Below, piece by piece: positions 35,284 through 46,214 of a stretch of 64,000 nucleotides of DNA; the stretch's first letter is position 1; the number at the start of each line of letters is the position of its first letter. The position numbers and the translations under genes were made by a program. The notes beneath the pieces were generated by a model, which was given only the letters and a program-made list of their open reading frames with translations, searched no databases and was not told the origin of the DNA. The DNA comes from Heterodontus francisci (lineage: Eukaryota): NCBI RefSeq assembly GCF_036365525.1, contig NW_027140861.1:186001-250000 (forward strand), in the 5' to 3' direction.

Positions 35284-36669
35284 TATTATTGTAAATCTCC
35301 AAGGACCACTTGGGTGAAGACCTGTGGGATCCCCTCCCCCTAATCTTCCTGTTAATGTGGTTTTGAAGATTTTAAATCAAGCGGGACAGCAGACAGGAAC
35401 TATCTCCCGATCCCAGCCCCTGAGCCCAAGTGATTTCCAAGCCTGGGTCCATGAGATAGGCACTGTTGAAATGGGGACTTAGTGTGAATTGAGAATTTTG
35501 GAACTTGAAATAGATTGCCCATGAGGAAGAATGGATAAAAGGAAAAGAAATGATGATAGCCCATCGTAAAGGTTAGGACGGTGTGTGAGCGACCGGATTG
35601 GTCGTGATAAGAAGTTCAAGTTGAAACTGTCACTGCTCAGCTATCCAGCTCAGCTCCTGTGTCGAGACATTTAAACCAAGAGTAACTCCTGTCTGTGTGA
35701 TTCTGTATGTGTGTGTGCTCAGTGTCCTGTATCACTGAAATGTAGATTAATTAACCCTCTTTAGTCCAGTTTTGCATGCTGTTTTCAAGTTATTGCTTGT
35801 TTAATGTGTGTACTGCATACATTTGTATCAATGTTGGGTTAAACAAGAAAAGGATAAGTTCTGTTGAAATGAAGGAGAACGGAAGATGTGAAGTTTTCGT
35901 GTTCTGTCCCTTTAAGAATCTCCCTGTGACTGAAAGCCCTGCTTAACAGGCTGCAAAAGGTTTGCTGGGTGATTTTCTTTTTGGGCTATTAATGTTGAAT
36001 GCTTCCTTTTGGTTTGTGGAATTAAATCTTTAGTTATTGCAGCATTTATAAAAGGTACCTGAAGAAAGAAGACAAGTGATGTAATTTATTTTCTTCTTTT
36101 CCCTTTTAAAGGAAAAGTATGTGTTTATTCTGTTCTGTGTTTAGTTGATAAGTAGGTTTAAGTTATTAAAGTTGAAAAGACCCAGAGTGGCTGCAGTGTA
36201 TGTGAGAGGAAGCTTCCGAATTTCTGAATGAAAGACCTTTTCTCAGTTTGGGTTTGTGCGCGATTCTTTTGTTTGAATGTTTTTTGTGTGTCCTCTTCAC
36301 TGCAGTGAACTGAAAGCTGTTTAACCCTTTCTGGTCTGGAGTGCAACTTGTTTTAAATTGTCTGTTTCATGTGTGTGTGCATTTGTAATAATTATTTTTT
36401 AATTATCCATAGAACTCGCAATCTGCGATAGATTTGGCACTTTGTGTTAAATATGCGAATTATAAGCAGTCTAAAGGGATGGGGAATTAATAAAGTAAAC
36501 CATTTTAAGTTGTGAAATTCATTGGTGCTCACAGTGACATTCTAGTTATGATGATAAAACGTGAGAATTTTATTCCGATACAAATCCACACATGTTAGAA
36601 TGGGATGGTTTTAATGTTAGACAGTGTAAATTGCATTTTGGGTTGTTTGAAGCGTTTATGATTAATAAT

Positions 36670-36805
36670 AAATAAAAGCAAAATACTGCGGATGCTGGAA
36701 ATCTGAAATAAAAACAGAACGTGCTGGAAATACTCAGCAGGTCTGGCAGCATCTATGGAGAGAGAAGCAGAGTTCATGGTTTCAGGTCAGTGACCTTTCA
36801 TCAGA
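36670..36805 (-). mobile_element. Solo Penelope-type terminal unit with a hammerhead ribozyme motif
   Basis: Minus strand CTGATGA-A-AGGTC ACT GACCT-GAAAC ... GATGCTGCCAGACCTGCTGAGTATTTCCAGC ... TTTTATTT; possible TSD TAATAAAT/TAATGAAT. Confidence 0.75.
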
Positions 36806-38164
36806 TAATGAATGTCGAGTTGTTCTTGGGTTAGAGACATTTTCACAAAAGTTAAAAGTTTCTTTTTGGGAATCATTGGAGTTCTTGCTCTGAAATAGTT
36901 GTGAAAAGGAATTCAGTAAAAGTTTAAAAAGCCTTTCTTTGTTCAGAAGAAAACAGGTTGAATTGGTTTGTCTAATCATCAAATGCATTTGTTTCTAGAT
37001 TTAAAAAAAGAGAGGGCTTGGAATGTTGGAGCAAATAAAGTGAGCATAACGTTCTGAAATCTGAGCAAGTTTTAGGGGGAAAGAAAAGATATCACAAGAG
37101 TTTGAAATAAAAGAACAGTCTCATAGGAAAAATTCAGGTATTTACTTTGTGAAAAAAAACCCAGTTCAAACTAGCCAAAGCACATGGCAATGCCTTTGTT
37201 ATTTTCTTTTTTTTTGAAAGGAGGGTGATGATAACATCAAGGGTCCATCTGCGAGTTTTTGTTCAAAGCAGCAGAGAGTTAACCCCCTCCGCCAGCAGCT
37301 TAGCTCACTGCACAACCTTTAGTTCATTGAAGATTTATATGCAGTATATGGGCATTATGAAATTTTAAGTTGATAAATTAACAAATATGATTCGACATCA
37401 TAACCCATTGGGATCCTAACCAGAACCAAATGGATTCTCTGTTTTTGTTAAAGAGGTGATGCTGGTATAGCAAGAACAGCAAGAAATCATAGAATGAACA
37501 AGAAATGTGAAGGTCGCCTCTAAACACATGCAAGCACTTTTGTCTGATATAAAAGCACCATTTAAAACCACCAAGCCTGGGGATAATTATTTCTAAAATA
37601 GGAATTGATAAAACAAATTGGGATAAACAAAATTTTAATTTTCAAAAAATAAACTACACTTATGCCTGCTGGTAAACTGTTACTGGGTAAGGTGTTGTGT
37701 AGGTGAGGGCTACCACGACAGTGAGATAGTGATTAAGGGTCTGTCTGATGCCTGTTTTAAAGACAGGTGGGTAATGGACTGTAGAGGTTCTCCAGGGCTC
37801 AGAAATAAAAGAGAATTATAATTAATGAGAATTCGAAATAAAAATCTGGCTGGTGCGAGAGGTAATAAAGGAATGTTAGGGACAAAAAATGGCAGAATCA
37901 GAATTCAAACTAATGTTCATAATTTCCAGGAAGTCCAGAATTTTCCAGTAAGAGTTAGGAAAGTGTAGTTAAGAATTATAAATTGATAGCTTTCCCTTGG
38001 AGATTTGTGTCCTTGCCTACGTTGTTTTTTAAGAGAACTGATTGACATTCTGGCCACTACCCAAAGCATTCAGACCATGCAGGGGGAGATGAACAAGGCT
38101 CTCGAGACACCTTCCCACCACCTCCCCTTTTTCATCTTGTGTTAAGATCACCAGAGAGTCAGGA

Positions 38165-38501
38165 ATTTATTTATTTATTCAGAGATACAGCACTGAAACA
38201 GGCCCTTGGGCACACCGAGTCTGTGCCGACCAACAACCACCCATTTATACTAATCTTACATTAACCCTATATTCTCTACCACATCCCCACCATTCTCCTA
38301 CCACCTACCTACACGAGGGGCAATTTACTAATCAACCTGCAAGTCTTTGGCTGTGGGAAGAAACCGGAGCACCCGGCGGAAACCCACACAGACACAAGGA
38401 GAACTTGCAAACTCCGCACAGGCAGTACCCAGAACTGAACCCGGGTCGCTGGAGCTGTGAGGCTGGGCTGTGGTGCTAACCACTGCGCCACTGTGCCACC
38501 C
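38165..38501 (-). mobile_element. HE1-type tRNA-derived shark SINE
   Basis: Head GGGTGGCACAGTGGCGCAGTGGTTAGCAC, core GGGTGCTCCGGTTTCTTCCCACA, CR1-like tail GGGCCTGTTTCAGTGCTGTATCTCT(AATA)n. Confidence 0.9.
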
Positions 38502-38689
38502 ATGTGTGACATGATATTGGGACACTGGTGTAAGTGTGCAAATGTGATGTGTTACGGGTAAACTAACATGCAGAATGCACAATGCAATGCACTGAAGAAC
38601 AGGTCTCTGACAGGTTCACCTACTCCACAGGGAATGGTTAACGTGGCCAATAGAGTGAAACATGTTTTAAATTGTCAAGGCATTGTCAC

Positions 38690-39761
38690 ATATTCCATAG
38701 AGTAACTGACTTTAAAACAATTAGAATAGAATTAAACACACTGGAAATGGGCAGAAGTAGTAAGATGAAAGTTCAGAGAGACAGTTGAAGGGCTAGGAAT
38801 GATCCACATGATGGATATGGTAAAGAGAGAGCTGGAGAATCATTCAAGTCCATGCCTGATCTGTTACTTGAAACAAAAGTACTGAGAACAGGACAATCAT
38901 TTAGAATTAACAAGCTTCAGCAAAAGAATAAAGTATTGATCTTGGGAATCTTGAATTACTGCAACAGTTGTTAAGGAACAGATAATAATGAGGAATCACA
39001 TTGTTAGATACAAAAATCCACCTATTTATATCTCCCTGATCAATGAAACCACCTGGGTTGCCCCTGACTTGTCTGGGGGTCTCCAGTCAGAGGATGTCTT
39101 TGTTTGCCCATATGATATTGTAGAAAACTCTGCTCCAGCATGTGGATTTACCTGGAACAAAGATCCCCTCAACTGTACAATGGAAATAGTGAGTGGAGAG
39201 GAGTTCCCCAATCACTCTGTCTACCAAGGTGAGGGAAGTTATTGTGTTGTTACTACCCACACAGAGTATACATATGACAGTTTAATGTGTCAAATAAAGA
39301 AGGGAGAATTTTGTTTTAGTCCCTCTCTAAGGGCTCAGATAGTAAACAAGGTCCTATTCAGTATAAGGAATCATCAGCAAATAAATATCACTGTTAAAGA
39401 TGACCTCAAGGAGCAGTTATATCAATATGTCAGTAGATTTGTTTATGGCATTCCCCCTTTTCCTGAACATCTGACTGAGCTATTGCAAAGACTCAATACA
39501 TCCAACAAACACTTTTATGTCCTGCAACAATAAAATGAGGAAATTAAAAAGGAAATCCCTGAGATAGGGGATGAGAGTCACTGGTGTGACATTGAAATAC
39601 CCCCTTGGATCAGGATTATTTCCCATGTCTTTGTAATCGTTCAATAGGTGATAATTCTGATTTTGGTGTGTGCGTTAAGACAAATCATGGGGATGATAAA
39701 GAAAATGAGAATTAGACAGGAGACCATGAAAGAATATGCCCCACTTAAGGGTAATGTATGA
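38690..39761 (+). pseudogene. env: ERV env remnant, class I fusion protein of paramyxo/pneumovirus-F type (lokiretrovirus-like)
   Basis: ORF 38988-39533 is a Cys-rich ectodomain (PDLSG.LQSEDVFVCP...ACG...NCTMEIVSG...GSYCV). Reading through the stops gives heptad NEEIKKEI, W-containing linker, TM PPWIRIISHVFVIVQ*VIILILVCAL and a basic tail ending TGA 39759-39761. Confidence 0.8.
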
Positions 39762-40340
39762 GGGATCAATGCCATCTGGTATTTTACCCTCACAGTGGGC
39801 ACTGTAGGAACTAAGGGGTTAACTGCCATGTTTAATCTGTTGGATGAATCTGTGCGAGTTGTGGCCTGATACAATTCACATGAGGTGCTATGTTTTAAAG
39901 TAGAATAATTTGAAATGATATTGTGGTTATGTTCAGGAATAGTTATACTTTGTATATGTATCAATGTATTATATTAGAATTAAGTTCTGGACCTTGTGTT
40001 TGGAATCATGTTGTTATGTGAAATGTATATTTGTACGCTGTATTGGAGAGATGGTGGAAGACGGTTTAACTGTAACAACAATAGTTTAAGTGACTTTGCG
40101 ATGAGACAGGATGTTTTGATAAGTACCTTACTGCATTTCAATTAAGACAGGCTCAGGGTCGGAATAATTGATAGACTTGTCGGCCTCATGATGGAAATGT
40201 AAATAAAGGTGTTCGGAGACTATTCATGACTGGAATGTTTATGAGGATAGCAAACATTCCCCATTGTGTGACAATGACTTAGGCCATCAAGCTATCTTCA
40301 GAGACAATGTATGAAAGGTGAGGTCATACCTGATCAATCG

Positions 40341-40653
40341 AAAGGGTTCAGGTGGAATGTAACCTAATATGGAATGAAGGAACCGTCGGAGGATCAGGGT
40401 GCGGGTATAAATGAAAGGTGCTGAGAGACATCAGCACACACAGATTTGAGAAGAGACCATCCTGCAGTCAACAGAACACCTCAAGAGAGAAGACTTCACC
40501 ACAACAGCTCGGGAAGCCAAACTGAGGGCACTCTGCTGTTTAACTACTGCCATTGGTTTAGAATTGTTTGCAAATCCTTGCTGTGCTTAATGAACTCACT
40601 ATCTTGACTTAAGAATACAGAGAAAGAACCTGGTTGGTTAAAAGCGAGTTACA
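40341..40653 (+). mobile_element. Polypurine tract plus 3' LTR (~296 bp)
   Basis: AAAGGGTTCAGGTGGAA directly before TGTAAC (40358); GTTACA at 40648-40653; GGTATAAATG TATA box ~40404; 3' end tentative because there is no perfect AATAAA. Confidence 0.7.
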
Positions 40654-40689
40654 TCCAGCACAAACACACAAAAATCATACCGAGGTCCC

Positions 40690-42510
40690 TCTTCTTCTTC
40701 TTTTTCTTATTTGGCCTCTTTGTTTTGAGAGACAATGGGTAAGTGCCTGGAGGTGGTCAGTGGTTTGTGAAGCAACGCCTGGTGTGGCTCTTAAGGCCAA
40801 TTCTAGAGTGACAGACTCTTCCACAGGCGCTGCAGATAAAATTGGTTGTCGGGGCTGTTACACAGTTGGCTCTCCCCTTGCGTTTTTCTTTTTTCCTGCC
40901 AATTGCTAAGTCTCTTCGACTCGCCACTCTTTAGCCCCGCCTTTATGGCTGTCTGCCAGCTCTGGCGATCACGGGTAACTGACTCCCACAACTTGTAATC
41001 AATGTCACAATACTTCATGTCGCGTTTTGAGACGTCTTTGAAGCGGAGACATGGACGGCCGGCGGGTCTGATACCAGTGGCGAGCTCGCTGTACAATGTG
41101 TCTTTGGGGATCCTGCCATCTTCCATGTGGCTCACATGGCCAAGCCATCTCAAGCGCCGCTGGCTCAGTAGGGTGTATATGCTGGGCATGTTGGCCGTCT
41201 CGAGGACTTCTGTGTTGGAGATACGGTCCTGCCACCTGATGCCAAGGATACTCTGGAGGCAGCGAAGATGGAATGAATTGAGACGTCGCTTTTGACTGAC
41301 ATACGTTGTCCAGGCCTCGCTGCCGTAGAGCAAGGTACTGAGGACACAGGCTTCATACACTCGGACTTTTGTGTTCCATGTCAGTGCGCCATTTTCCCAC
41401 AATCTCTTGGCCAGTCTGGACATAGCAGTGGAAGCCTTTCCCATGTGCTTGTTGATTTCTGCATCGAGAGACAGGTTACTGGTGATAGTTGAGCTTAGGT
41501 AGGTAAACTCTTGAACCACTTCCAGAGCGTGGTCATCGATATTGATGGATGGAGCATTTCTGTCATCCTGTCCCATGATGTTCATTTTCTTGAGGCTGAT
41601 GTTTAGGCCAAATTTGTTGCAGGCAGCCGTAATCCTGTCGATGAGACTCTGCAGACACACTTCATTGTGGGATGTTAATGCAGCATCGTCAGCAAAGAGG
41701 AGTTCCCTGATGAGGACTTTCCGTACTTTGGTCTTCGCTCTTAGACGGGCAAGGTTGAACAACCTGCCATCTGATCTTGTGTGGAGGAAAATTCCTTCTT
41801 CTGAAGATTTGAATGCATGTGAGAGCAGCAGGGAGAAGAAGATCCCAAACAGTGTAAGTGCGAAAACACAGCCCTGTTTCACGCCACTCAGGATAGGAAA
41901 GGGGTCTGATGAGGCGCTGCTATGTTGAATTGTGCCTTTCATATTGTCATGGAATGAGGTGATGATACTTAGTAGCTTTGGTGGACATCCAATCTTTTCT
42001 AGTAGTCTGAAGAGACCACGTCTGCTGACGAGGTCAAAGGCTTTGGTGAGATCTATGAAAGCAACGTAGAGGGGCATCTGTTGTTCACGGCATTTCTCCT
42101 GCAGCTGGCGAAGGGAGAACATCATGTCAGTGGTAGATCTCTCTGCTCGAAAGCCACACTGTGCCTCAGGGTAGATGCGCTCAGACAGCTTCTGGAGTCT
42201 GTTTAAAGCAACTCGAGCGAAGACCTTCCCCACTATGCTGAGCAGGGAGATTCCACGGTAGTTGTTGCAGTCACCGCGGTCACCCTTGTTCTAATAGAGG
42301 GTGATGATGTTGGTATTGCGCATGTCCTGTGGTACTGCTCCCTCATCCCAGCACAGGCAAAGCAGTTCGTTGAGTGCTGAGAGTATAGCAGGCTTTGCAC
42401 TCTTGATTATTTCAGGTGTAATGCCGTCCTTCCCAAGGGGCTTTTCCACTGGCTAGAGAATCAATGGCATCACTGAGTTCCGATTTTGTTGGCTTTTCGT
42501 CCAGCTCGTG
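40690..42510 (-). mobile_element. RTE-clade LINE, 5'-truncated; 476-aa open RT region
   Basis: QCGFRAERST, FIDLTKAFD, GVKQGC, LFADD, RRLRWLGHV; (GAA)n tail at ~40691; stop and frameshift upstream of 42233. Confidence 0.93.
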
Positions 42511-42959
42511 CTTCTCTTACCCTCCTATAATATCAGGAAATTTTACATCAAACACTAAGTGATTGTTGGCACTATCCATTTTCCAGGAGGTGTCATTGTC
42601 CATGGATCTATATTCAGAATGAGTCAGTGTCTGTATCTCTATCAGGGAAGTGTTCGGTAACTGACGTGACCTTCTTGCTCAGGTTTAAGGAAGGAGAAGG
42701 TTAAATAAACTTGTTAAACTGACTCTCCCTCAGAGATACAATCATCTGTGACAATCAATCCATTTAACTGCTTCCAAACTGCTTTTGTTCAGAAATATTT
42801 GCCCAGGTTTGGAAAGTGCAGGGTAAGTAAGGTCATTAAATTGATGTTAACGGGGAGGTTGATATCATAATGAGGACATCTAGCAATCACTATTAATGTC
42901 AACAGTTATTCCAACTCCAGACTCATTTCCTTGTCCATATGCTTGTGAAATCCTCGAAA

Positions 42960-43850
42960 CGCTTCCCTTTCCTTCATTATCCTCTCGCTCTTAATATATT
43001 GAAAAAAATCTTTGTTTTTTCCTTGGTTTTCCTGCCAATAATTTTTCATGTCCTCTCTTTTCTTTCCTAGTTTCCTTTTTTACTTCACCCCTGCACTTTC
43101 TAGACTCCTCTACGCTTTCTAAAGTATTAAGTTTTTTGTGGCTGTTATAAGCTTTCTTTTTCTGCTTAATCTTACTCTGTCTGCTTCTAGATAATCAGGG
43201 GGCTCTAGATTTGGCCGTGCCACCCTTTATCTTTGTGGGGACACATCTACACTGTGCCTGTAGAATCTCGCTTTTGAATGCCTCGCACTGGTTTGCCATT
43301 GATTTTCCTTCAAGTAGCTGTATCCAGTCCACTTTCGCCAGATCACCTCAGTTTTGTAAAATTTGCTTTACCCCAATTTAGAACTTTTTACTCCTGTTTT
43401 ATCTTTGTCCTTTTCCATGATTATGCTTAAACTAAGTGTATTATGGTCACTATCTCCAAAATGGTCACCCACTGGTACTTCATCCACTTGCCCAGCTATT
43501 ACTGAAGACTAAATCTAGAATTACACCCCCTCTCGTGCTTGTTACGTATTGGCTACAAAAGTTCTCTTGAATCAGTTCAAGAATTTTGTGCTCTCTGTGC
43601 CCTTCACATTGTTTTTATCCCAGTTGATATTCAGGTAGTTGAAATTCCCACTATTATTGCCCTATTGTTTTTGCACTCAGAAATTTGCCTATATATTTGC
43701 CACTCGGCCGAGCTGTCCTGCCATGCCTGTGATTTACGAACTAATTATCGCTAGCGTAATAAGTGTAATAAATAGAATAACTTACCAGTTACTCGCCAAT
43801 TAGCTTCTTCCCCTGTACTGTGGAGGCTGAAAAAACAGAAAAGAAAAGCA
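42960..43850 (-). mobile_element. CR1 LINE fragment (endonuclease/linker region, possibly with 5' UTR piece)
   Basis: Reverse strand reads ..GNFNYLNINW, LDLVF, GDHFGDSDHNTL, NWGKANF, RAPxL motifs. Confidence 0.7.
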
Positions 43851-43859
43851 AGAAACTAG

Positions 43860-44620
43860 AGAGCTTAGAGAGCGGAAAACAGCGAGAGTGGAGCCGGAGA
43901 ATAAAGAGAGCGGGAGAGAGAACGAGAGTTCACTCAGAGAGTGGGAAACAGCGAGAGCGGAGCCGGAGCAGTAAGAGACCGGGAGAGAGAGCAAGAGTTC
44001 ACACAGAGAGCAGGAAACAGATAGAGTGGAGCCGGAGAATAAAGAGACCGGGAGAGAGAGTGAGAGTTCAATCAGAGAGTGGGAAACACGAGAGTGGAGC
44101 CGGAGCATAAAGAGACCGGGAGAGAGAACGAGAGTTCACTCAGAGAGTGGGAAATAGCGAGAGCGGAGCCGGAGCAGTAAGAGACCGGGAGAGAGAGCGA
44201 GAGTTCACTCAGAGAGTGGGAAACAGCGAGAGCGGAGCCGGAGCAGTAAGAGACCGGGAGAGAGAGCGAGAGTTCACTCAGAGAGTGGGAAACAGCGAGA
44301 GCGGAGCCGGAGCAGTAAGAGACCGGGAGAGAGAGCAAGAGTTCACTCAGAGAGCAGGAAACAGATAGAGTGGAGCCGGAGCATAAAGAGACCGGGAGAG
44401 AGAGTGAGAGTTCACTCAGCGAGTGGGAAACACGAGAGTGGAGCCGGAGCATAAAGAGAGTGGGAGGGAGAGTGAGAGTTCACTCAGCGAGTGGGAAACA
44501 GCGAGAGCGGAGCCGGAGCAGAAAGAGACCGGGAGAGAGAACGAGAGCTCAATCAGAGAGTGGGAAACACGAGATTGGAGCCGGAGCATAAAGAGAGTGG
44601 GAGAGGGAGCGAGAGTTCAC
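43860..44620 (+). repeat. 68/69-bp purine-rich, CpG-containing minisatellite (~11 copies)
   Basis: Unit GAGAGTGGGAAACAGCGAGAGCGGAGCCGGAGCAGTAAGAGACCGGGAGAGAGAGCGAGAGTTCACTCA; 23-aa periodicity. Confidence 0.95.
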
Positions 44621-45523
44621 GGGTAGGCGGTGGCGTAGTGGTATTATCTCTGGACTAGTAATCCAGAAACCCATGGTATTTCTCTGGGGACATGGGTTCG
44701 AATCCCACCACAGCAGAAGGTGGAATGTTAATTTAATTAATAAATCTGGAATTAAAAGCTAGTCTAATGATGGCCATGAAACCATTGTCAATTGTTGTAA
44801 AAACCCATCTGGTTCACTAATGTCCTTTAGGGAAGGAAATCTGCTGTCTTTACCTGGTCTGGCCTACATGTGACTCCAGACCCACAGCAATGTGGTTAAC
44901 TCTTACATGCCCTCTGAAATGGCCTAGCAAGACACTCAGTTGTACCTAACCGCTACGAAGTCAATAAAAAGGAATGAAACCGGACGGACCACCCGGCATC
45001 GACCAAGGCACCGGAAACGACAACAGCAAACCCAGCCCTGTCGACCCTGCAAAGTCCTCCTTACTAACATCTGGGGGCTTGTGCCAAAGTTGGGAGAGCT
45101 GTCCCACAGACTAGTCAAGCAACAGCCTGACATAGTCATACTCACGGAATCATACCTTACAGACAATGTCCCAGACACTGCCATCACCATCCCCGTGTAT
45201 GTCCTGTCCCATCGGCAGGACAGATCCAGCAGAGGTGGCGGGACAGTGGTATACAGTCAGGAGGGAGTTGTCCTGGGAGTCCTTAACATCGACTCCGGAC
45301 CCCATGAAGTCTCATGGCATCAGGTCAAACATGGACAAGGTAACCTCCGACAGATTACCACCTACCGCCCTCCCTCAGCTGATGACTCAGTACTCCACCA
45401 TGTTGAACACCATTTGGAGTAAGCACTGAGGGTGGCAAGGGCACAAAATGTACTCTGGGTGGGGGACTTCAATGTCCATCACCAACAGTGGCTCGGTAAC
45501 ACCACTACTGACCGAGCTGGCGG
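44621..45523 (+). mobile_element. tRNA-headed non-LTR element: Pol III A/B-box head joined to an APE endonuclease frame, 3'-truncated
   Basis: A box TGGCGTAGTGG 44631, B box GGTTCGAATCC 44695; then LLTNIWGL..PDIVILTES..QDR..RGGG..YRPP..GDFNVHH. Confidence 0.85.
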
Positions 45524-46212
45524 ACACCCTGGGCCACTCCTCTATTACCTCCGACACCTCGTCCCCTTCCCATGGCACCTTCCCCTGCATTCGCAGGAGG
45601 TGTAATACCTGCCCATTCACCTCCTCTCTCCTCATTATTCAAGGCCCGAAATACGCCTTTCGGGTGATGCAGCTTGTACTTCTTTCAATGTAGTATACTG
45701 TATTCACTGCTCACAATGTAGTCTTCACTATATTGGGGAGACCAAATGCAGACTGGGTGACGGCTTTGCAGAACACCTCCGCTCAGTCCAAAAGCATGAC
45801 CCTGAGCTTCCGGTTGCTGGGCATTTCAACACACACCCCCTGCTCTCATGTCTATATATCTGTCCTGGGCTTGCTGCAGTGTTCCAGTGAACATCAATGC
45901 AAGCTCGAGAAACAGCATTTCATTTACCGATTAGGCACGCTACAGCCTGCCGGACTGAACATTGAGTTCAATAATTTCAGAGCATGACGGGCCCCACTTT
46001 TTATTTTCAGCTATTTTCTTTCTTTTTATTTGTTTATTTTATTTAATTTTGTTTCATAATTCATTTTTTTTTACCATGTGCCTACCCACTTATTTTTGTC
46101 ATGTTTGTGCTTTGGGCCAGGTTGTTCTATGTTTCTGTCAATTAACACTCTCTCTCTAGTAACGTTATGTCTTTCACCACACTATTAACATACTGTTTGC
46201 CTTTGTTCCATA
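45524..46212 (+). mobile_element. Penelope-like element fragment (GIY-YIG endonuclease plus T-rich 3' region)
   Basis: GTFPCxRRRCNTCP, NVVYCIHCSQC..YIGETKCRLG..FAEHL, LEKQHFIYRLGTLQPAGLNIEF. Confidence 0.88.
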
Positions 46213-46214
46213 AC

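Noticed and set aside
44621-44710. tRNA genes at the SINE heads (also 38501, 50580, 55575, 59643)
   Set aside because: A/B boxes continue into SINE/LINE bodies; no complete cloverleaf seen
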